In this document: in pieces, positions 1 through 8,831 of the stretch | Layout: every line of letters starts with the position of its first letter | Position numbering within the stretch: position 1 is the stretch's first letter | IMG/VR virus record: IMGVR_UViG_3300037566_000016 | Span: 1 to 35,291 of that record | Length of the DNA: 35,291 bases | Direction: 5' to 3' (one strand) | Source: a virus | Taxonomy: Duplodnaviria > Caudoviricetes | Notes under the pieces: generated by a model | Seen by the model: the letters and a program-made list of their open reading frames with translations, nothing else | What the model was told of the DNA's origin: nothing | Databases searched by the model: none | Made by a program: the position numbers and the translations under genes

Positions 1-41
1 TCCACCCCGTAGTCCCTGAGAAACTCCACCGTAGTCGCCAT
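1..41 (-). CDS. tnpA: IS66 TnpA-like protein, N-terminus only (MATTVEFLRDYGV...)
   Basis: ATG at 41-39 on minus strand, RBS AGGAG at 53-49, first ORF inside the IS66 left end. Confidence 0.65.
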   Translation of the reverse strand, partial: MATTVEFLRDYGV

Positions 42-126
42 CGCGAAACTCCTGCCCTAATCTCCGTCAGGTGCGAAATCTCAGGTCAGGTGAGAATTGG
101 GAAGGTGCGGGCCAGGAAACGCTTAC
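1..126 (-). mobile_element. IS66-family insertion sequence, left end (partial, runs off the window)
   Basis: Minus strand from 126 reads GTAAGCGTTTCCTGGCCCGCACCTT, the GTAAGCG terminus typical of IS66. An AGGAG RBS and an ORF start at 41 follow. The cobT reading frame resumes exactly at 127. Confidence 0.85.
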
Positions 127-1602
127 GACGGATCAGATGCCGGTTCGGAAGAGGATGCCGAGACCGAGGATGGTGATGGCAAGTCTTCCGGGAACGACGC
201 TGATGATGGCGAGGACGATGATTCCGATGATCCCGATGGATCGGACGCCGGAGAAGCTGATGATGAGGATGCCGGTGACGGAGACGGAGGAGAAGATGGC
301 GAGGACGCATCGGGCTCTGACGGGAATCCCGGCGACGATGATGATGAAACCGGAGATGGCGGTGGCGCAGGAGATGACGAAGACGGAGAATCCGATGCTC
401 CTGACGACGGTGGGGATACCGGTGACGGAGATGGAGGCGCAGAGCCTGGCGATGCCGCTGATGGGGGAAAATCTGAACAAGGCCCCGACGAGGATAGCGT
501 AGCCGGTAGCGACAACGACGAGGCGCATGAGCCTGACTTTGGCAACTACGAGAGCGAAGGCGATCTGGACGGCGACGGCGTTGGCACCACTGAAGCCAAG
601 CCGATGTTCGAATATGACGAGGACATTCTCGAAGGCCGCGACATGGCTCAGGAGATCTCCACGCTGATCTCGGAAGACGCTGTTGAAGCGATCCACCAGT
701 CCGACTGGTCCGTGTTCTCGCGCGAATGGGACCGTGTTGAGCCGCTGGAGCCGCCCGAGGAGATGCCTGCGAACTGGGTGCCTGATCTGGAAGAGGCTGT
801 GCGGCAGATGACCGGACGCATGCAAAAGGACATCGAGCGGATCATGGCTTCGCAAAGTCATGTGGTGAATACGCCCGGTCACAAGCGCGGCCGGTTGCAC
901 TCTGCCTCGCTCTACCGCGTTGCACAGGGCGATCCGCGCGTGTTCACCCAGAGGCAGGAGCATAAGTCCAAGGATACGGCTGTGACGCTGCTGGTCGACA
1001 ACTCCGGGTCGATGCACTCGAACAACCGCATCGCCGCGGCGATGGAGGCCGCATATGCGCTCTCGACCACGCTGGACCGGGTTCAGATCAACCACGAAAT
1101 GATCGGCTTCACCACTGGTGACTTCTTCTCCCGAACCAAGGGTGAGCGCGAGATGGAGAAGGCCATTCAGGAGGACTATTACAAGTCTGGGATCACCTAT
1201 GACCGTGTCATCCCTCTGGTTCTGCCGATCTACAAGAGTTTCCAGGAGCGCCTGGATGCGACCGTGAAGAAACGCATCGCCTATTGCATGAATGCGCGCC
1301 GTGGCCTGAATGGCAATATCGACGGCGAGTCCCTGCTGATCGCGGCCGAGCGCCTGGCGCGTCAGACCGAGAAACGCAAGGTCATGTTGGTGCTGTCAGA
1401 CGGCCAACCTGCCGGCGGGCCTAAATCCGGGCCGCACCTGAAATCGACGGTGAACTACCTGAACGAAAACGGCATCGAAACCATCGGCATTGGCATCCAG
1501 AGCAATGCGGTGGCGAAGTATTACAAGAACCATGTGGTGCTGCACAATGTCGAGGATCTGCCCGGTCAGGTCATGACCGAGATCAAGCGTCTTTTAGCGT
1601 AG
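127..1602 (+). pseudogene. cobT: CobT-like vWA protein, 5'-truncated by IS66 (acidic linker plus vWA domain remain)
   Basis: Long D/E/G-rich linker, then GRLHSASLYR...VFTQRQE, MIDAS motif LLVDNSGSM, NIDGESL, VLSDGQP, IGIGI. Adjacent to cobS. The N-terminal domain is missing and upstream in-frame stops lie in IS sequence. Confidence 0.85.
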
Positions 1603-1611
1603 GAAATCATC

Positions 1612-1640
1612 AGGGGAGCGAATATCCCATTTGCTCCCCT
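1612..1640 (+). terminator. Stem-loop after cobT (terminator or processing hairpin)
   Basis: AGGGGAGCGAAT-ATCCC-ATTTGCTCCCCT, 12-bp stem with one G-U pair; no clear U tract. Confidence 0.5.
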
Positions 1641-1649
1641 ATCTGAAAT

Positions 1650-1686
1650 TAAGTAAGTTGATACTTAATAAGTAAGCTGATACTTA
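1650..1686. promoter_or_regulatory. Tandem pair of 18-bp palindromic operators overlapping a sigma70-like promoter for cobS
   Basis: TAAGTAAG-TT-GATACTTA (1650-1667) and TAAGTAAG-CT-GATACTTA (1669-1686); TTGATA(1658-1663)-N17-TACTTA(1681-1686). Confidence 0.8.
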
Positions 1687-1732
1687 ACACGAACAGGCAC
1701 CGCGACTCGCCTGTAAATCAGAGGGAAACACT

Positions 1733-2965
1733 ATGACGACCGACGTTGCTCAGGCCGCGCCAACGGCCGATGACAAAATCCTTTGTCACATCGATAACGC
1801 CAAGGTTCACACGATCCAAGGCCACATCAAGGCCAACCACCCCGAATGGACGATCGAACGCTACAAGGAAGAATTTCCTGACGCGCCGCTGCTGTCGCCT
1901 TATGCGCAGCATGTGATCGACACCAAGAAGGCCGAGCGCGAAGCCCAGGCAGCCGAAGCGAAAGCGCAACCTGCCGCGTCTGCCGCATCTGCGCCCGAAG
2001 CTGCGCTCACAGCCAACCTGGCGGTCACACAAGCCACCTTCCATGATGTCTTTGGTCTGGGCAACGCCCCTGCTGCGATGAATGCGGCTGGCAACCCGAT
2101 CACGATCAACGTCATGTCCGGACACAACCAGGAAGCGCTGGATTATCTGCCCGAAATCGACAATGGCTATGTGTTCAACATCGACCTGCTGAAAAAGGTC
2201 ATCATTGGCTTGCAGCTGAATATGCCGACCTATCTCTGGGGCTTTCACGGCACCGGGAAAACGACCGTCCTGCAGCAAGCCTCCGCGCGCACCAAACGCC
2301 CGTTCGTCCGTGTCCAGCACTCGCTGAACATGCAGGAAAGCGACGTGCTTGGTCAGTGGACCGTGAAGGATGGCTCGACCATCTTCCAGCTTGGGCCGCT
2401 GCCGATGGCAATGATCAATGGCTGGACCTACTGCGCCGATGAATACGACACCGCCATGCCGAACGTGACGACGGTCTATCAGCCGGTGCTCGAAGGTCAG
2501 GCGCTGCTGATCAAAGATGCTCCGCCGCATTTCCGCAAGATCATCCCGCATCCGAACTTCCGCTTCTGCGCGACCGGCAACACCAATGGTATCGGCGACG
2601 AAACCGGCCTGTATCAAGGCACTCTGATGCAGAACGCCGCCAACTACTCTCGGTTCAAGATCACCGAGGAAGTCCACTACATGGACGAGGCGATCGAGAT
2701 CAATATCCTTCAGTCGCGCGCCAACCTGCGCAAGCCTGATGCCAAGAAGATCGTTCAGTTTGCGAACAAGGTGCGCGGTGCTTTCCGCGATGGCGATATC
2801 TCGATGACGGTTTCGCCGCGTGAGCTGATCTCCGGCGCGCAGCTTGGTGTTGCTCTCGGCGGTAACTGGCAGGCCGGTTTGGAGCTGTCCTTTGCGAACC
2901 GCTTGTCGCGCGTTGACAAGAAGGTCGTGCAGGAGTGGATGCAGCGCAACTTCGGGAACAAGTAA
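1733..2965 (+). CDS. cobS: CobS-like MoxR-family AAA+ ATPase
   Basis: Walker A GFHGTGKT, Walker B YCADEYD, HPNFRFCATGN, SPRELI; RBS GAGGG. Confidence 0.9.
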   Translation: MTTDVAQAAPTADDKILCHIDNAKVHTIQGHIKANHPEWTIERYKEEFPDAPLLSPYAQHVIDTKKAEREAQAAEAKAQPAASAASAPEAALTANLAVTQATFHDVFGLGNAPAAMNAAGNPITINVMSGHNQEALDYLPEIDNGYVFNIDLLKKVIIGLQLNMPTYLWGFHGTGKTTVLQQASARTKRPFVRVQHSLNMQESDVLGQWTVKDGSTIFQLGPLPMAMINGWTYCADEYDTAMPNVTTVYQPVLEGQALLIKDAPPHFRKIIPHPNFRFCATGNTNGIGDETGLYQGTLMQNAANYSRFKITEEVHYMDEAIEINILQSRANLRKPDAKKIVQFANKVRGAFRDGDISMTVSPRELISGAQLGVALGGNWQAGLELSFANRLSRVDKKVVQEWMQRNFGNK

Positions 2966-3597
2966 TGTCGGAATACTTTGACATGGCCCAGAGTGAGCGG
3001 ATGATCCGCTCACTTGCCAACAAAGTCGTCAATCGTCTGGCGACCATCCCGCAGAAAGTCTTCTCCCGGGAAGACATTGAACAGGAGCTGTGGATTGCCT
3101 GGTGCAAGGCGCGCGACAAATACGAGCCTGGTCGGGGCGTCCCGTGGCAAGCGTTCCTGCAGCGCGGGATGAAGAACCACATCAACCGCGAGATCGAAAA
3201 GCATGTCGAGCGGTTCGAGGGTCAGACTTTCGCCCTGTCGCTGGATATGCAGGCGGGTGAGGATAATGAATCCACGCTGAGCGAAGTGATCCCAAGCCCT
3301 GACCCAATGCCGCATGAGCGCACGGAACGCGCCAGCAACTATGCGATGGCAATGGAGCTTCTGTCGGATCGCGCCAAGGTTTACGTCTCGCTCCTGCATG
3401 ACCAGCCGCCGGAGCTGCTGCATGAGCTGTCCATGATGCACGACAAGGCTGAGCAGGCTGTAAAAGTGGGTGCGCCCTTCAACGTGTCGCGCCACATCAC
3501 GTCCCGCATGATCTTCGACCTGATGGGCGCTGAGCGCAACGAGCGATCCAAGATCAAGAAAGAAGTTGAAACGATGGGTATGAGGATGTCGAAATGA
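2965..3597 (+). CDS. Phage sigma-70-like factor
   Basis: EDIEQELWIAWCKARDKYEPGRGVPWQAF resembles sigma region 2; ALSLDMQAGEDNESTLSEVI resembles region 3.2. Start moved to ATG 2965 (TAATG overlap with cobS stop). Confidence 0.7.
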   Translation: MSEYFDMAQSERMIRSLANKVVNRLATIPQKVFSREDIEQELWIAWCKARDKYEPGRGVPWQAFLQRGMKNHINREIEKHVERFEGQTFALSLDMQAGEDNESTLSEVIPSPDPMPHERTERASNYAMAMELLSDRAKVYVSLLHDQPPELLHELSMMHDKAEQAVKVGAPFNVSRHITSRMIFDLMGAERNERSKIKKEVETMGMRMSK

Positions 3598-4139
3598 GTG
3601 ACGAAACACAGGTTCCATATCTCGCCCCAGGTTGCTTTGGTTCAGCGCTGATGTTTCGCGGCGAAGACATGGTCTGTGCCGCCTGCCCATTCCGCGCGCA
3701 ATGTGAACCGGCGCATCAGGTCAATCTGGCCGCAATGCGCGAACGTCTGGGTATCAAGGTTCCGGTTCAGCGCAAGCGCGCCCCTGCCTTGCCGCCCGCC
3801 GAAGCAATCAACGAAGATCCGAGCCGCATGTCGCTGCCGAAAAAGGTGCGTGAGCTGCTCAGCCGTCTTGATCGTGAGAACCTGGATATCGTCGGTAAGA
3901 TCCAGAAGGGCGTGAACCCCTTCGCCGGGATCGAACGCTACCGTTACATGCAGATCGCCTGCCACCTGATCATGAACATGCAGGTTCCGGTCACGCAAAA
4001 GCTGATCGCCGTTGGCCTGGCTAAAGCAATGGACTGGGCAGATGGCACCGCAGACGCGCATGCGCGCATGGCAGTCCAGGCGCTGGAGCATGTGGGCGCT
4101 GTTTCGAACAATGACGGCACTTTTTCTGTGCGCCGCTAA
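3594..4139 (+). CDS. Hypothetical protein: Cys-rich N-terminus and possible C-terminal winged helix
   Basis: ATGA coupling; GCFG...CAACPFRAQC; C-terminal helix-helix-beta-hairpin pattern (AVQALEHVGAVSNNDGTFSV). Confidence 0.7.
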   Translation: MSDETQVPYLAPGCFGSALMFRGEDMVCAACPFRAQCEPAHQVNLAAMRERLGIKVPVQRKRAPALPPAEAINEDPSRMSLPKKVRELLSRLDRENLDIVGKIQKGVNPFAGIERYRYMQIACHLIMNMQVPVTQKLIAVGLAKAMDWADGTADAHARMAVQALEHVGAVSNNDGTFSVRR

Positions 4140-4140
4140 A

Positions 4141-4158
4141 TCAGTAAGGAATTACTTA
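4141..4158. promoter_or_regulatory. Operator copy overlapping dnaE RBS and start codon
   Basis: TCAGTAAG-GA-ATTACTTA; contains AAGGA, and the final A is the A of ATG 4158. Confidence 0.65.
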
Positions 4159-7100
4159 TGCACTCTATTCTGGCCGCAAGAACCGACTTCTCGCTTGGTG
4201 AATCCATTCTGACGACACAAGGGCTGGTGGACGCAGCTAAAGACGCTGGTGAGACGGCTGTGGCGCTCACGGACACCATGAGCATCACCGGCATGATCGA
4301 TTTCACCAACCGCGCCAAGAAAGCCGGTTTGAAGCCGATCATCGGCACCCGGTTGCGCCTGACGGACGATCCCACTTGGCGACCCCAGAAAGGCCAGAAG
4401 AAAAAGGATATGCCGCGCGCATACTTCCTGACCGCTTATGCCATGTCCGAGGCTGGTATGAAGGCTCTGTTCCGGTTGCTGACACTCGGCAACAGCGACG
4501 AGCGGTTCTATTACGTCCCCAAGCTGGGCTTCGAGGATCTCTATGCGGAGCTGGATAGCCTGGGTGAAAATGATCTGGCGATTGTTCTGGGTGATGAGCA
4601 TTCGGTTCTGACACACCCCAAAGTTCATGACATTGTTGAGAGGCTGGGCGGCGCGCTGCCGAACCGGATCTACGTGCCGTTTATTCCGATCGACACGCCC
4701 TACTACGGTCGGATGAACAAGATCGCTGCGGAGATTTACGACACATGGGCCGTTAGCTCGGTGGTCGTGCGCCCGGCCTTCTACGGCCAGGGCGAGGCGG
4801 ACACGCAAGAGGTCATGACCGGGATCGCAGAAGGCACCAAGCTGGCTGACCCGTGGTTCCGCTCCCGCTACAAGCGCGACCTGCATGCGATGGGGCTCAA
4901 GGAGATGATGCCCGAGCTGAAAGCCGCAATCTCGCATTTGCAGAAGCGCGGTGTTGCTGACGCCGCAACTCTGTTCACCGATGGTCTGAAAAACACTGAC
5001 ATCCTGGTGAATTCCATCAATTACGAGTGGAAGAAGGCCGACGTGTCGCTGCCGCAGTTAGCACCCGACGAATTCAAAGCCGTCACCGATGAGTGCATGA
5101 AAGGCTGGAAAGAGCGTTTCAGCGCAGAGGTCTTCGGTCACAAGCCGACCGGCGAGGAGCTGAAAGAGGTCTACATGCCGCGGCTTAAATACGAGCTGTC
5201 GGTCCTCAAGCGCCTGAACTTCTCCGGATACTTCCTACTGGTGCAGGACATCGTGCAATTCTCCAAGCAGAACCACATCCTCGTCGGACCTGGCCGCGGA
5301 TCTGTTGGTGGCTCGCTGGTCGCTTATCTGATGGGCATCACCGATTGTGATCCCATTCGCTTCGACCTCATGTTCGAACGCTTCATCAACCCTGACCGGA
5401 TCGACCTTCCTGACGCCGATCTCGACTTCATGTCCACCCGGCGCCATGAGGTGATCGAATACCTGGTCAATAAGTATGGTCAGGCGCGTGTGGCCGGCGT
5501 GTCTAACTTTGGCACCCTGGCAGCCGCCTCTGCGATGCGTGATGTCGGTCGCACCGCTGGTATTCCCGAGCGTGAATACTCGGTGTCGAAGATGGTGCCT
5601 AAGAAGCACGGCGCAAACGTGCCGCTGCCTGAGTGCCGGGAGGAAGTGCCTGAGATCGATGCCTTCGCCAATAATCAGCCGGTGCTCTGGCCGATTATGG
5701 AGAAGCTCGAAGGCAAGATCCGCAATTTCTCGTCACACGCCGCCGGGATCGTCGTTGCTGGTGAGGATCTCACCAATCGCGCTGTCGTCGAGCGCCGCAA
5801 GGACAACAGTGTAGTTTGCTGGGATAAACGGGTCGTAGAGGATCAAGGCCTTGTTAAGGTCGATATTCTGGGTCTCTCGACGCTGGATCTGATCGGCCTT
5901 ACCCTCGAATACATCAAGGAGCGCCACGGTGCGCGGATCGATATGAACCGCATTCACCTGGACAATCCGGATGTGCTGAAAAACTTCGCCGAGGCCCGGA
6001 CAACCGGTATCTTCCAGTTCGAAAGCGGTGGCATGCGCCGCCTGCTGAAAGAGCTTGGCTATAACGGCTCGATCACCTTCGAGGATATCACCGCCGCAAC
6101 AGCGCTCTATCGACCTGGCCCGATGGAATCCGGGATGATGGACAGCTTCTACAAGCGTAAGCAAGGCGAGGAGGATATTGAATACGACCATGCTCTCATG
6201 GAGCAGGTTCTTGAGACCACATATGGCGTGATCGTCTATCAGGAACAGGTCATGAAGGTGTCGCAGATTATCTGTGGCTACACAGGTGCCGAAGCTGACA
6301 AACTCCGCAAAATCATGGGTAAGAAACAGCCCGAGGAGATGGCTAAGCAGCGCGACAAGTTCGTAAGCGGCGCTGTGAATACCGTTGGTGCAGATGAGAA
6401 GTGGGCCGGCCAGCTATTCGACAAGATTGAAGGCTTTGCCGGATACGCCTTCAATTTGAGTCATAGCGTGGAATACACTCTCATTTCCTATCAGTCGATG
6501 TGGCTTAAGACCAACTATCCGGTCGAGTTCTATGCCGCCGCTTTGACACTGATGGATGAGGACAAGCTGCCGGGTCTTATCAAGGACGCGCGTGATGCCG
6601 GGATCGTCGTTGACATGCCCGATATCAACCACTCGACCAAGCGCTTTGAGATTGTCACCGACAAGCGGCTGGCAATCCCGTTCCAGCGCATCAAAGGCAT
6701 CTCGGAGAAGACCGCAGAGGCGATCATGACTGCGCGCGCCGCTGGCCCGTTCGCAGATAAGGAAGACTTCATCAAACGGGTCGAGCGCCGCCGCTGCAAC
6801 GTCCGGCACCAGGACGCCCTCGATCGTGTTGGCGCATTCGCAAACATCGAGCCCGGTCAGCTTTCGTCCACGCATCCCGAGCGGGTCAAGGACCAGATTG
6901 AGCTGATCCCCGGCCTGATCTCCGCCCATGTGCCGATTGACCGGGAACTGAACCGCGACAAGGACACGCGCGCAGCCGTGACCGAGCTGGTCGACGAATA
7001 CCGCAATGCCGACACGTCAACAGGCATGCCGGTCAAGCCCAGCTTTGGTCGCAGCGCCAAGTTCATGATCGTCTCGGACGCGCCTGGCAATGAGGAAGAT

Positions 7101-7505
7101 GTTGGCGGCCTGATGGGCTTCTCGCGCTCGAATGAGGCGGTGGTCAAGGCGATGGATGAGCACGGCCTGCAAATGGCTGATGCCTATTGGACCGCCCTAC
7201 TCAAGCGTCCGAAGAAGGGCCGCATGATCACGCCGGAGGAGATTGCTGTCTACAAGGACTATCTCGACCGCGAAATCAACATGCTCAAGCCGCCGGTGAT
7301 CGTCCTGTTGGGCTCAACCACGACGCGCCACTTCCTGAAGGACTTCCGGGGTAAGGCGTCAGATCAGGCTGGCAAGGTCGTCTACAACAATCCGCTGGAT
7401 ACCAACCTGGTGATCGGGTTCAGCGCCGGTGAGATTTATCACGACCCGGAGAAACAGAACAACATGAACGCCGTGTTTGCGGCGGTCGCAGATTTGCTCA
7501 AGTAA
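4158..7505 (+). CDS. dnaE: DNA polymerase III alpha (family C) with degenerate PHP and C-terminal UDG family 4-like domain
   Basis: GPGRGSVGGSLVAY, FERFINPDR, PDADLDF, SHAAGIVV, KVDILGL, GIFQFES, ALYRPGPM, VYQEQVM, YAFNLSH, HhH RIKGIS. Confidence 0.97.
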   Translation: MHSILAARTDFSLGESILTTQGLVDAAKDAGETAVALTDTMSITGMIDFTNRAKKAGLKPIIGTRLRLTDDPTWRPQKGQKKKDMPRAYFLTAYAMSEAGMKALFRLLTLGNSDERFYYVPKLGFEDLYAELDSLGENDLAIVLGDEHSVLTHPKVHDIVERLGGALPNRIYVPFIPIDTPYYGRMNKIAAEIYDTWAVSSVVVRPAFYGQGEADTQEVMTGIAEGTKLADPWFRSRYKRDLHAMGLKEMMPELKAAISHLQKRGVADAATLFTDGLKNTDILVNSINYEWKKADVSLPQLAPDEFKAVTDECMKGWKERFSAEVFGHKPTGEELKEVYMPRLKYELSVLKRLNFSGYFLLVQDIVQFSKQNHILVGPGRGSVGGSLVAYLMGITDCDPIRFDLMFERFINPDRIDLPDADLDFMSTRRHEVIEYLVNKYGQARVAGVSNFGTLAAASAMRDVGRTAGIPEREYSVSKMVPKKHGANVPLPECREEVPEIDAFANNQPVLWPIMEKLEGKIRNFSSHAAGIVVAGEDLTNRAVVERRKDNSVVCWDKRVVEDQGLVKVDILGLSTLDLIGLTLEYIKERHGARIDMNRIHLDNPDVLKNFAEARTTGIFQFESGGMRRLLKELGYNGSITFEDITAATALYRPGPMESGMMDSFYKRKQGEEDIEYDHALMEQVLETTYGVIVYQEQVMKVSQIICGYTGAEADKLRKIMGKKQPEEMAKQRDKFVSGAVNTVGADEKWAGQLFDKIEGFAGYAFNLSHSVEYTLISYQSMWLKTNYPVEFYAAALTLMDEDKLPGLIKDARDAGIVVDMPDINHSTKRFEIVTDKRLAIPFQRIKGISEKTAEAIMTARAAGPFADKEDFIKRVERRRCNVRHQDALDRVGAFANIEPGQLSSTHPERVKDQIELIPGLISAHVPIDRELNRDKDTRAAVTELVDEYRNADTSTGMPVKPSFGRSAKFMIVSDAPGNEEDVGGLMGFSRSNEAVVKAMDEHGLQMADAYWTALLKRPKKGRMITPEEIAVYKDYLDREINMLKPPVIVLLGSTTTRHFLKDFRGKASDQAGKVVYNNPLDTNLVIGFSAGEIYHDPEKQNNMNAVFAAVADLLK

Positions 7506-7515
7506 GGAGAAAACC

Positions 7516-8142
7516 ATGAGCTATGGATACTGTCGCTGTGGTGCAGAGGTGAAGAGCCGAACGCGCGGCGTTCCCTCAATGGACACATGCGAGAATGGTC
7601 ATACCTACCAGTCGCACATGACGCTGGCATATGACCCGATTGCGCGCCTGAAAGCCGCAATGAAACTCGGTGGTGAGAAGGTTGAAGTCCCGGTGCAGGA
7701 GACGACCGAACAAGCGCCCTTCTCGTCCATGACGTTCGCTGTGCTGCCTGGTGGCAAAGTTGCGTATCTGGGCAAGAACCTTCCGGAGTTCGATTATCGC
7801 TATGATGACGCGGAAGATCGCGCCGAAGACCCGGACAAATTCACAACGCCCGAGCCGCTGCCGACCGCCTACGAAAACGAGCTGTTGGATTGCCTGATCG
7901 AGGAATGCGCCGAAGTGATCCAACGCGCCACCAAGATGAAGCGCTTTGGTGTGTTTGAAATTCAGGACGGTCAGAGCCTTTCTAATTGTGATCGGCTGAG
8001 CGAGGAGCTGGGTGATCTGCAAGCAGTGGTCGAGCGATGCGCCGAGGTGGGTCTGATCGATCTAATGGTTGTAGGCGGTCAGGTTCCGATCAAACACGCC
8101 AAGCTGGACAAATACCTGCAACACGAACCGGAGGCTGCATAA
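7516..8142 (+). CDS. Zn-ribbon plus MazG-like (all-alpha NTP pyrophosphohydrolase) protein
   Basis: RBS AAGGAG, ATG 7516; N-terminal CRCG...CENGH; C-terminal LIEECAEVIQ...LSEELGDL matches the MazG EExxE...EExGD pattern. Confidence 0.65.
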   Translation: MSYGYCRCGAEVKSRTRGVPSMDTCENGHTYQSHMTLAYDPIARLKAAMKLGGEKVEVPVQETTEQAPFSSMTFAVLPGGKVAYLGKNLPEFDYRYDDAEDRAEDPDKFTTPEPLPTAYENELLDCLIEECAEVIQRATKMKRFGVFEIQDGQSLSNCDRLSEELGDLQAVVERCAEVGLIDLMVVGGQVPIKHAKLDKYLQHEPEAA

Positions 8143-8682
8143 ATGACCACGACCGCCGATCCCGCTGTGGAAACCCCTGGCTTCCACGTCAAAAACTTCA
8201 TCGATGCGGCGACGCTCAAAAGCGACCTCGCCTTCTCGCCCAATGATCTGACAACGCCGATGATCGAACAGGCATCAATGTTCGCCCACTACGGCGTTCT
8301 GCATGCTGACGCTCAGAAGCAGGTGGACACCGTAAAGCTGCTCTTGGAGAACACCGAGGCGGCCGTCTACAAGATCATCCGGGATAAGATGGCGACCGAT
8401 GGTGAGAAATTCACCGAGGCTCTGCTGGAGAAATCCGTCGCACGACATGCGCGCGTGATCTCCATGAAGAAGGCGCTGAACCAGGCGAAGCGCGTCGAGA
8501 CCACCTGTAAGATGGCGGTCGAAGCGTTCCGGCATCGTCGTGACATGCTGGTGCAGCAAGGTCTGATCTCCCGTGAAGAGATGAAAGGCGAGGTCCGGAT
8601 TGCTGAACGCAATGCGGCTCAGGATGCGCTGGAGGCTCAGAAGCAAGGCGCTTTGGATCGTATCCAGCAGAAAGTTTCCTGA
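8143..8682 (+). CDS. UvsY-like recombination mediator (helical)
   Basis: All-helical protein (LKSDLAFSPNDL...EQASMFAHYG...EAFRHRRDML) next to SSB and recA; family assignment is by resemblance only. Confidence 0.5.
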   Translation: MTTTADPAVETPGFHVKNFIDAATLKSDLAFSPNDLTTPMIEQASMFAHYGVLHADAQKQVDTVKLLLENTEAAVYKIIRDKMATDGEKFTEALLEKSVARHARVISMKKALNQAKRVETTCKMAVEAFRHRRDMLVQQGLISREEMKGEVRIAERNAAQDALEAQKQGALDRIQQKVS

Positions 8683-8693
8683 GAAAACTGCGT

Positions 8694-8737
8694 CATCCCA
8701 TGCGTTGCGCGCTATAAAGTAAGTAAGCGCTTACTAG
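8694..8737 (+). promoter_or_regulatory. Phage-type promoter plus operator
   Basis: CATCCC(8694)-N11-GCTATAAAG then TAAGTAAG-CG-CTTACTAG (8720-8737). Confidence 0.8.
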
Positions 8738-8774
8738 CGGAACGCAACATTCAGAAAGGGAACGAAAAACACAA

Positions 8775-8831
8775 ATCCCCGTTAGCATCCCGTCGCAATT
8801 CGTGCTATATAGCTAGATAGCTAATTAGCTA
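8775..8831 (+). promoter_or_regulatory. Second SSB promoter with triple TAGCTA element
   Basis: ATCCCC(8775)/CATCCC(8786)-N12-GCTATA(8804), then TAGCTA at 8810, 8818 and 8826. Confidence 0.6.

Noticed and set aside
71-545. Alternative-frame ORFs over the cobT acidic linker (71-502, 86-310, 123-545)
   Set aside because: Low-complexity GAY/GGN codon runs keep other frames open; two of them also span the IS junction
1649-1687. CtrA box (TTAA-N7-TTAA) in the AT-rich spacer
   Set aside because: TTAA copies are separated by 12 and 15 nt, not 7; the 18-bp operator explains them
127-2965. cobST plus B12-dependent NrdJ as a cobalamin biosynthesis module
   Set aside because: No cobN or other cob genes in the window; phage CobS/CobT-like pairs usually sit with replication genes
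7499-7516. CAAGTAAG as another operator
   Set aside because: Half-site only, explained by the dnaE stop codon plus the AAGGAG RBS
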